From positions 1-16,047 of the forward strand of contig JBDTZG010000093.1 in the NCBI GenBank assembly GCA_040005235.1: a stretch of 16,047 nt of DNA, in the 5' to 3' direction. A program made the position numbers and the translations under genes. Below, piece by piece: positions 1 to 6,580 of the stretch (position 1 is its first letter; each line of letters starts with the position of its first letter). This stretch comes from Acidobacteriota bacterium. GTDB taxonomy: Bacteria > Acidobacteriota > Thermoanaerobaculia > Multivoradales > UBA5704. The notes below the pieces were generated by a model that saw only the letters and a program-made list of their open reading frames with translations, did not search any database and was not told the origin of the DNA.

Positions 1-244
1 TGAGCTGGCCCAGGCCAGTAGTGAGCTGGCCCAGCTCGGTAGTGAGCTGGCCCAGCCCAGTGGTGAGCTGGCCCAGCCCGGTGGTGAGCTGGCCCAGCCC
101 GGTGGTGAGCTGGCCCAGCCCGGTGGTGAGCTGGCCCAGCCCGGTAGTGAGCTGGCCCAGGCCGGTGGTGAGCTGGCGCAGCCCGGCAGTGAGCTGGCGC
201 AGGCCAGTTGTGAGCCGGCGCAGCCCAGGAGTGGGCTGGAGCTC
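1..244. repeat. 21-bp tandem repeat array, consensus GAGCTGGCCCAGCCCGGTGGT; 11 units plus a degenerate 12th; truncated at the left window edge
   Basis: Units start at 2, 23, 44, 65, 86, 107, 128, 149, 170, 191 and 212, with a remnant at 233. Units 4-6 equal the consensus and divergence rises toward the right. There are no unique spacers. Confidence 0.97.
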
Positions 245-300
245 GGAACGAACGACCTTTCGGGCCGCATTCCGCGACCCGTTTTCACAAGGAGAAGGCG

Positions 301-690
301 ATGAACGACACTTCGTATGCGGACAAGATCAACAACTGGCAGATCACGGCGCAGAACCTCTTGGAGCTTCAAGCCAGCATCCCTGGGTTCGACCCGCCCT
401 TCAGCGACTTCAAGCAGAAAGTCGAGGATCTGCGGGCGTCCCACGACAAGGTTCAGATGCTGCGCGGCGCCCTCCACGAGTCGGTGGTGCTCCGCCGCAA
501 GCTGGATCAGGAGACCCGCCGGTCGGCCCGCCGATTGGCGGCCGTCACGCGTGGACATCTGGGTTTCGACAATCCGAAGCTGGTGAGCTTCAACTTCCGG
601 TCGGAGGACTCCCTCCGCCGGGGGCGGAGGGCGAAAGGCTCGGCTCCGGCCGCATCTTCAACCGACGCGAAGCCGGCAGTGCAGTCGTAG
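301..690 (+). CDS. Small, predicted all-helical hypothetical protein (129 aa) with a basic, low-complexity C-terminal tail
   Basis: ATG at 301 with a strong RBS (AAGGAGAAG, 289-297). GC3-rich codon usage, amphipathic helical pattern, and C-terminal HLGFDNPKLVSFNF followed by an RRGRRAK tail. Confidence 0.85.
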   Translation: MNDTSYADKINNWQITAQNLLELQASIPGFDPPFSDFKQKVEDLRASHDKVQMLRGALHESVVLRRKLDQETRRSARRLAAVTRGHLGFDNPKLVSFNFRSEDSLRRGRRAKGSAPAASSTDAKPAVQS

Positions 691-749
691 GTTCGTAGGC
701 CCCGTCGTGCGGCTGAAGTTCCCCGGGGAAGCGTCCGGACGGTGAAGTC

Positions 750-800
750 TGAGGGGCAAGGAAGGTGGGGCGGCGCCGCCTCACCCCTTCCGCCGCCTCA
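750..800 (+). terminator. Long GC-rich stem-loop downstream of 301..690 (terminator or mRNA-stabilising hairpin; no U-tract)
   Basis: TGAGGGGC..GGAAGGTGGGGCGG pairs with CCGCCTCACCCCTTCC..GCCGCCTCA, with small bulges. Confidence 0.5.
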
Positions 801-828
801 AAGCGAAGAAGCCGGATCGTATCGCGTC

Positions 829-877
829 TTGACATAATGCCCATAGGTAGAGGAGTATCCGCAAGGTGGTACAAAAT
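829..877 (+). promoter_or_regulatory. Candidate sigma70-type promoter region for 959..1429
   Basis: Locally AT-rich. Perfect TTGACA at 829-834 and TGGTACAAAAT ending near 877, but the two elements are not at canonical spacing. Confidence 0.3.
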
Positions 878-958
878 AGCGTGATACGGACATAGCAGCC
901 GACCGATTTTCCCAAAGAATGCCGTCAAGGCCGGTGCGCCGCACCCAGGAGGGGTTTC

Positions 959-1429
959 GTGACGAAGACCTTCAAGGTTTCTCTCGGTGGCCCGTTGTTA
1001 GACCAGGTCGATGCAATGGCCGCCAACGACGGGGTGGAGATCGTGGAACTGATCCGCCGAATTCTTTGGCTTTGGTTTCTGGCCGGGTCGGAAAGGCTGG
1101 TCCCGTCCGGTAAGGAGTCTTTACCAGCCGACCTCGTGCTCCTTATGGCCGAAGCGCTTCGGAGCTATAGGCAGTCGCTTGACGCTTATGTGCGAATCCG
1201 GAGACTCCTGCTCGAGCATCCGGTCGTGGACGGAAGCGGACCCCTGGTCGTGACCGTTTTGTCCGATCTGGAGATCTTCGGTGATGCCGTTTCCCAGGTA
1301 CCGGGACTGGTCGAACAGGTCGAAGACGGCTGGCGGGTGGTCACGCAACTCCGCCAGACGGCGAAGCTTGGGATCCTCGTTCCCTACGATCCGGAAAGCT
1401 CGGCTCCCGGGGACGTGAGCGATCCTTAG
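959..1429 (+). CDS. Hypothetical protein with an N-terminal ribbon-helix-helix (CopG/MetJ/Arc-like) segment
   Basis: GTG start preceded by AGGAGGGG. The N-terminus KTFKVSL-GGPLLDQVDAMAANDG-VEIVELIRRIL fits the beta-strand/helix/Gly-turn/helix RHH pattern. The C-terminal part is unrecognised. Confidence 0.6.
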   Translation: MTKTFKVSLGGPLLDQVDAMAANDGVEIVELIRRILWLWFLAGSERLVPSGKESLPADLVLLMAEALRSYRQSLDAYVRIRRLLLEHPVVDGSGPLVVTVLSDLEIFGDAVSQVPGLVEQVEDGWRVVTQLRQTAKLGILVPYDPESSAPGDVSDP

Positions 1430-1449
1430 GTCCTGAACGGGGAAAGTGC

Positions 1450-2133
1450 TCAGGCGGCACGTGCGGCTGCGGCTTCGAAAACCCGGCGTGGGAGCGGGTC
1501 GCCCTCGGCCGGGTCGTCCCACTTGGCTACATCTGCGCCGATCGGAACGGCAGGCTCTTGAGGTTTCGGCTTCGAAAAGACCAGACCGAGATCCTGCAGG
1601 CCGGTTTCCATGGTCTGGGCGACTCTGATGGTTGTGAGCAAACCCTCTAGGGCTTTCCGTGCCGCGGCCAGGACGAGGGGCAAGTCTTCGTCAACCTCCA
1701 GGTCGCGCAAGCGCTTGATTTTCGGCAAGTCCTCTCGGGCCTGCTCTCGAACCTGGCGGACGCTGAAGTTGCGTACGTTCTGGGCGACCCTGGAGAAGTC
1801 CGACTCCGGCATTTCGACTTCGGGCGCTGCGGCCTGCTTCATTCGCTCGGCCTTGACCGCCGCCTTCAAATCCGAAAGGGCCACCCCGAACAGTTCCGCC
1901 ACATGCGCCTGGCTCCGGCAATGGCTCTCCAACGCCTGCCGGTTAGCTGTCGAAGGCCGGATCGCTTCGCAGCAGGCTCGGACTTCTTGGGGAGAGGGCT
2001 GCCAGAGCCCCTCCTGCCACTCGCCCTCCGGATGCGATTTCCGGGCGATCCGGGAAAAAAACTCGTCGAGCGCGAGGCGCAGGCGCGCTTCTGGCGCCTC
2101 GCCCTTTTCGGGATCTTTAGGCTTCGTACGCAT
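1450..2133 (-). CDS. Hypothetical protein (227 aa) with an N-terminal CC-x15-HC-x4-H putative metal-binding domain and a helical C-terminus
   Basis: ATG at 2133 (MRTKPK) has GAGGAAG upstream, so it is preferred over the track start at 2169. Motif: RKSHPEGEW...W.PS..E.RACCEAIRPS...LESHCRSQAHVAELFGV. Confidence 0.75.
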   Translation of the reverse strand: MRTKPKDPEKGEAPEARLRLALDEFFSRIARKSHPEGEWQEGLWQPSPQEVRACCEAIRPSTANRQALESHCRSQAHVAELFGVALSDLKAAVKAERMKQAAAPEVEMPESDFSRVAQNVRNFSVRQVREQAREDLPKIKRLRDLEVDEDLPLVLAAARKALEGLLTTIRVAQTMETGLQDLGLVFSKPKPQEPAVPIGADVAKWDDPAEGDPLPRRVFEAAAARAA

Positions 2134-2333
2134 CGTCTTCCTCGGATATTTCTTGAAGTCCCCCCACATACGAAGAGTGCGCGCCGGAGGCGAAAGAGGG
2201 ACGTAATATGACCTCCAAAGGAAACAAGTAGCCGCATTCTAGGACGAGTGGGCGAAAACCGGAACGCCTGGCGCGATGACCACGTTGATCCGGAGTAAAG
2301 ATCCCGCCGACGGCTGTTTCGAGCGCCGTTTTG

Positions 2334-2368
2334 TTGCGCTGGCCAGGATTCGGTGGGACAATCCCACC
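2334..2368 (+). promoter_or_regulatory. Promoter of the TA operon (TTGCGC-17bp-GACAAT, extended TG) with the overlapping inverted repeat GGTGGGA-CAA-TCCCACC
   Basis: -35 at 2334-2339 and -10 at 2357-2362. A perfect 7-bp inverted repeat at 2352-2368 covers the -10 and abuts ATG 2369. No SD sequence. Confidence 0.65.
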
Positions 2369-2602
2369 ATGGCAACAGCGACGGCAGACGCGAAGCGGCG
2401 CGTTGTACTTCCTGCGGTAAGCCCCGGGGACATCTTCGATATCCAGAGTCAGGGCGAAGGTCGCTTGCTTTTGGTGCGCCTTGAGCCTCCGAAGCCCGAA
2501 CCCAAGATGAGCCTGGAGCGGTGCGTCGAAGTGATCGCCGCGACCCCCCTTCGGCCGACGATGACCTGGGAAGCTCTGAAGGCCATCACCCGGGAGCCAT
2601 GA
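2369..2602 (+). CDS. vapB: Antitoxin, AbrB/MazE-like (VapB type), 77 aa
   Basis: MATATADAKRRVVLP...PGDIFDIQSQGEGRLLLVRL fits the swapped-hairpin AbrB pattern. ATGA overlap with the downstream PIN gene. The start is reassigned from 2276 to 2369. Confidence 0.8.
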   Translation: MATATADAKRRVVLPAVSPGDIFDIQSQGEGRLLLVRLEPPKPEPKMSLERCVEVIAATPLRPTMTWEALKAITREP

Positions 2603-3024
2603 TTCTCCTCGACACCAATGTCCTGATCTACGCGTCCACCGCTCGATCGCCTTTCTTCGAGTGGGCACGGCAAACCATCGCCGAAGGAGTTTCGGAGGGT
2701 GGAGCGGCCGTCAACACAGTGTGCCTCTCGGAGGTCTGCGTCGGCGATGCCGAACCGGAGCTCGTCGCCGACCGGCTCCGAAGTTGGGGGATTACCCTTC
2801 TCGATATCCCGGTTGCCGCCGCGGAGCCGTGCGCCAGTGCGTACTTTCGCTATCGAGAGCGTCGGCGCGCTGAATCCGGTCGCGACTCTCCCTCGATACC
2901 GTTGCCCGACTTTTTTATCGGCGCGCATGCCATGGTCATGGGCTGGCCCATCGCGACGGCTGACGAGGGACGTTTTCAAACGTATTTCCCTGCGGTCGCA
3001 CTCCGAACGCCTCTATTGGGCTGA
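2599..3024 (+). CDS. vapC: PIN-domain ribonuclease toxin (VapC family), 141 aa
   Basis: MILLDTNVLIY, CLSEV, LPDFFIGAHA and IATADEGRF supply the conserved PIN acidic residues. It is translationally coupled to the antitoxin (ATG at 2599). Confidence 0.93.
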   Translation: MILLDTNVLIYASTARSPFFEWARQTIAEGVSEGGAAVNTVCLSEVCVGDAEPELVADRLRSWGITLLDIPVAAAEPCASAYFRYRERRRAESGRDSPSIPLPDFFIGAHAMVMGWPIATADEGRFQTYFPAVALRTPLLG

Positions 3025-3047
3025 CCTGCCGACGACGAGCAGCCGGT

Positions 3048-4457
3048 CTACGACACCAGCCCCTGCAGCAGCGCCCACAACGCCGCCACATGCTCCCGCT
3101 CGGTCGCCTCGGCGCCGATCGAGACCCGGACCATCCACCGCCCTTGGAGCACCGCGGGCGTCAGGTAGGCCTTGCCAGAGGCGTTCGCCTTTTCGGCCCA
3201 ATCCAGTGTGTGGCGGTCGAGGTCCTCGGCTTCGAGGCCGTGGGGTTCATGGCGGATGCAGAGGGTTTGCAGCGCTACGGGGGCGAGCAGACGCCAGTTG
3301 GGGGTCGCCTGAACCTGCTCGGCGAGCCATTGGGCGTTGGCCAAATCGCGGCGCAGGCGGGTGCGGAGCCCTTCGAGGCCCTGTTCGCGGACCAGGAACC
3401 AGAGCTTGAGGGCGCGGAAGCGGCGGCCTAGGGGGAGGCCCCAGTCGCGGAGGTTTTTTACCTGGTCGTCCACCGCGGAGCGGAGGTAGCTGGGCCGGGT
3501 GGACATCACGCGGATCAGGTGGTCGGGGTCGCGCACGTAGTAGAGCGAGCAGTCGAAGGCGACGCCGAGCCATTTGTGGGCGTTCCAAACCAGCGAATCC
3601 GCTCCTTCGATGCCGTTCCACATCGGGCGGCATTCCGGCAGGATCATCGCCGAGCCGGCCATCGCCGCATCGACGTGGAGCCAGAGGCCGTGCGCTTGGG
3701 CGATCTCGGCGATTTCGGCCAGAGGATCGAAGGCGGTAGTGGTCGTGGTGCCGACCGTTGCGACGATCGCGCAGGGCACGTGGCCCGCGGCGAGATCGGC
3801 TTGGATTGCCGCCGCCAGCGCTTCGGGGCGCAGCGCGAAATTCTCGTCGGTTTCCACCGGGCGGACGTTGTCGCGGCCGAATCCGGCGAGCAGGGCGGCT
3901 TTTTCGACCGAGCTGTGGCTGTGCTCCGAGACGTAGACCCGTAGCGCCTTCGGCTCCGCTTGGAGACCCCCTCGCACGAGAGAGAAATCCGTCGTGCGCT
4001 CCCGGGCGCAGAGCAGCGCGAGCAGCGTGCTGGTGGACGCCGTGTCTTGGATCACGCCGCTCCAGGCATCGGAGAGGCCGACCGCCTGGCGCATCCAATC
4101 GGTCGTCACCTCTTCGAGCTCGGTGAGCGCGGGGCTCGATTGCCACGACAGGCCGAGCACGCCGAGGCCCGTGCTCAGTAGATCGCCGAGCACGCTCGCG
4201 AGCGAGGCGTTCGAGGGGAAATAGCCGTAGAAGCCGGGGTGCTGCCAGAGCGACAGGCCGGGCACGAGCAGACGGTCGACGTCTTTGAGGATGTCGGCGA
4301 ACGGCTCTGCCGTTTCCGGCGGAGCGGCGGGGAGGTTCGCCCTGATCTCGCCCGGGGCGCTCCGCGCCATCACCGGGCGGTCGCTCAAGCCCGCGCGATA
4401 GTCGGCGAGCCAATCGACCAGCTGGTGGCCGAAGCGGCGAAACTCTTCCGGGGTCAT
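3048..4457 (-). CDS. ddc: PLP-dependent aromatic L-amino acid (DOPA) decarboxylase, group II
   Basis: MTPEEFRRFGHQLVDWLADY, WQHPGFYGYFP, SPALTELE, HSSVEKA, LHVDAAMAG, NAHKWL (PLP lysine) and PLGRRFRALKLW. From recall, it closely resembles Pseudomonas putida DDC. Confidence 0.93.
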   Translation of the reverse strand: MTPEEFRRFGHQLVDWLADYRAGLSDRPVMARSAPGEIRANLPAAPPETAEPFADILKDVDRLLVPGLSLWQHPGFYGYFPSNASLASVLGDLLSTGLGVLGLSWQSSPALTELEEVTTDWMRQAVGLSDAWSGVIQDTASTSTLLALLCARERTTDFSLVRGGLQAEPKALRVYVSEHSHSSVEKAALLAGFGRDNVRPVETDENFALRPEALAAAIQADLAAGHVPCAIVATVGTTTTTAFDPLAEIAEIAQAHGLWLHVDAAMAGSAMILPECRPMWNGIEGADSLVWNAHKWLGVAFDCSLYYVRDPDHLIRVMSTRPSYLRSAVDDQVKNLRDWGLPLGRRFRALKLWFLVREQGLEGLRTRLRRDLANAQWLAEQVQATPNWRLLAPVALQTLCIRHEPHGLEAEDLDRHTLDWAEKANASGKAYLTPAVLQGRWMVRVSIGAEATEREHVAALWALLQGLVS

Positions 4458-4485
4458 GGCGCCGGCCTGTCCGCGAGCCTGTCCG

Positions 4486-5706
4486 CTATCGGCCGGGCGG
4501 GCTTTCCGGTGCCTGGGGCGCAGGCGGCGGCGTCGCCTCGGGAGAGGGGAGCGGCGCCAACGGGCTGGCCGGGCTCTCAGGAGTCGCGGCGGCGGCAGCC
4601 GCCGGAACCCGGGCCGGGGCGTCCGCGGCTTCCAGCGGATCTTCGGGCGGTACTCCGATCAAGTGCCGGTATTCGGCGGCCTCGGCCGGCGGCCGGGCGA
4701 CGATCAACGAGTCTTTCTCCAGCTCCTGCTCGTACTGCGCGAAGCGGTCCTTGAACAGCCGGTTGCGCTCGCGGGCTTCGATCTCGGCCTGCACCTCAGG
4801 GAAGGGGCGGACATAGGAGGGGCGCCGCTCCGCCATTTGCAGCAGGTGGGTGCCGCCGCGTCCTTCGGTGGGTTCGCTCGATGCGCCGGGCGCGAGATTC
4901 CAGGCGGCCTGCACGATCCCGGGATCGAGATCGCTCTGCGACAGCCAGCCGAGATCGACGACGGCGCTGCCGAGCCCCTTGTCCTCGAACGGTTTCGCGG
5001 CGTCGGTCAAGGACTGGCCCGCGGCGACCGACGCGCGGATCTGGCTCGCGATCTTCGCGCGTTCCGCGGCGCTCGACGTCTTCTCGGACAGGATGACGGC
5101 CTCGCGCAGGTGAACCTGCTCGGGCACGCGGAAGAGGTCGACGTTCTTCTGGTAGTAGCGCCGCAGGTCGTCTTCTTCCAGCTTGATCTTTCCTTGGACT
5201 TCGCGGCCGATCAGCTCGCGGACCCGCAGGTTCTTTCGCAGGTTTTCGCGCAAGTCTTTCTCGTTCATGCCGCTCTGCGCGAGCGCCCCCCGGAACTGCT
5301 CATCCGAGGTGATGTTGAACCCCTCGCGCATCTGTTGCACCGAGGCGTCGACTTCCTGCTCGGTGGCCGAGATGTTCAGCTGGTCGGCGCGCGATTGGAG
5401 CAGCAGATCCTCGTAGAGGTTTTTGAACACCACCTCGCCCGCGCTCGCAAGCGCCTGATCGCGCTCCTGCGGGTCGAGGTTCTTGCGGGCGATCTCGTGG
5501 CGCATGTCCTCGCGCGCGACGTCGTAATCGTGCTGCGTCGCGATGCGGTCGTTGATCCGCAGGACGATCTTGCCGACCACCTCGGCGGCGACCGGCCGCG
5601 CGGTAGCGAGGGGGGTGAGCCCGAGGAGCATCAGCACGGCGCCCGACGCGACGCGCTTCGGGAGGGAACGGAGCTTCAAGTCATCGGCTGGCGGTTTTGG
5701 GGTCAC
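4486..5706 (-). CDS. SurA-like periplasmic chaperone / parvulin (PpiC-type) peptidyl-prolyl isomerase
   Basis: Signal peptide, then AEVVGKIVLRINDRIAT (SurA N-domain), EQEVDASVQQMRE, LRRYYQKN..F..PEQVHL, a degenerate parvulin domain and a Pro/Ala-rich tail. GTG 5706 with GAGG upstream was chosen, but the start is uncertain. Confidence 0.85.
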   Translation of the reverse strand: MTPKPPADDLKLRSLPKRVASGAVLMLLGLTPLATARPVAAEVVGKIVLRINDRIATQHDYDVAREDMRHEIARKNLDPQERDQALASAGEVVFKNLYEDLLLQSRADQLNISATEQEVDASVQQMREGFNITSDEQFRGALAQSGMNEKDLRENLRKNLRVRELIGREVQGKIKLEEDDLRRYYQKNVDLFRVPEQVHLREAVILSEKTSSAAERAKIASQIRASVAAGQSLTDAAKPFEDKGLGSAVVDLGWLSQSDLDPGIVQAAWNLAPGASSEPTEGRGGTHLLQMAERRPSYVRPFPEVQAEIEARERNRLFKDRFAQYEQELEKDSLIVARPPAEAAEYRHLIGVPPEDPLEAADAPARVPAAAAAATPESPASPLAPLPSPEATPPPAPQAPESPPGR

Positions 5707-6571
5707 GGTAGACGCCTCGGTATTCGAAGGGGAGATTGCGCGCATAGATCTCGACATTGTAGCGATGCCGGGCCTCGCCCACCAGCTTACCGACCACCGA
5801 ATCCGCCAGCGCGCGCCGCAGGCGGCGGCGAATCTCGGGCCGGGCGCGTTCTAGGGGAATCGTCTCGGCCGGAAAATGCTCGGTGACCTGGAAGATGTGA
5901 AACCCGTAATCGGCCGATACCACCGGGCTCACCTCTCCCGGCTGGAGGCGAAAGATCACCTCGGCGAAAGTTGCGGGCAGATCGCTTGCGGCCAGCTCGC
6001 CCTGGTCGCCGCCGCGCTCGGCGCTCGGATCCCGCGAGTACTTGCGGGCGATCTGCGCGAAGTCGGCCCCGGCGGAGAGATCGCCCAGCGCGCGCTCCGC
6101 TTCGCTCCGCCGCTCGACCAGCACCTGGCGCAGCCGTACCCTCTCGGGCCGCGCGAACTCGGCCCCGTGATCCCGGTAATAGGCGGCCACCTCCGCATCG
6201 GTCGGCTCGGCGACCTCGGCGGCGAGCAGCGCGTCGATCCCGCGGCGCCCACGGCTCCCGGCCGATTCCGCCGTCGAGGTCGCCGGATCGGGCTCCGGGG
6301 GTGCGAGCTTGCGTGCGGCCGCCAGGTGTTCGAGCAGCCGCTCGTCGAGGAACTGATCGAACAGGGCGGACAGCACGTCGCTCGCGAGCAGCCCGGCGGA
6401 TTCGCCCACGACTTCCGACACGTAACCCCGGAACTGCGGATAGCGAAGCTCCTCCCGGTCGATCCGCGCTACGGCATCCGCGGCCGGCGGGAGCGGGCGT
6501 CGGCAGGCCGAAAGCTCCAGCAGGCCGAGGCAGGCGGCCAGGACGAGGATCGACGACGAGGCGCGGGTCAT
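5681..6571 (-). CDS. Lipoprotein foldase, parvulin (PpiC-type) peptidyl-prolyl isomerase, PrsA/SurA-like
   Basis: Lipobox LSAC. Parvulin motifs GADFAQIARKYSRDPSAERGGDQG and LQPGEVSPVVSADYGFHIFQV. It lies 9 bp downstream of mfd. Confidence 0.88.
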   Translation of the reverse strand: MTRASSSILVLAACLGLLELSACRRPLPPAADAVARIDREELRYPQFRGYVSEVVGESAGLLASDVLSALFDQFLDERLLEHLAAARKLAPPEPDPATSTAESAGSRGRRGIDALLAAEVAEPTDAEVAAYYRDHGAEFARPERVRLRQVLVERRSEAERALGDLSAGADFAQIARKYSRDPSAERGGDQGELAASDLPATFAEVIFRLQPGEVSPVVSADYGFHIFQVTEHFPAETIPLERARPEIRRRLRRALADSVVGKLVGEARHRYNVEIYARNLPFEYRGVYRDPKTASR

Positions 6572-6580
6572 TGGGCGAGC

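Noticed and set aside
1-244. CRISPR array
   Set aside because: The units are contiguous 21-mers with no unique spacers, and there are no cas genes in the window.
21-698. 225-aa ORF (SWPSPVV)n
   Set aside because: It is a read-through of the repeat that overlaps the well-supported 301..690 gene out of frame, and its C-terminal half looks like an off-frame translation.
2170-2280. Possible riboswitch or structured RNA (CGCGCCGG...CTGGCGCG outer stem)
   Set aside because: No recognisable Rfam motif, and short GC stems are expected by chance at this composition.
2521-2598. Longer start for the PIN toxin
   Set aside because: The PIN domain begins at MILLDTN (2599) with an ATGA overlap, and the extension lies inside the antitoxin gene.
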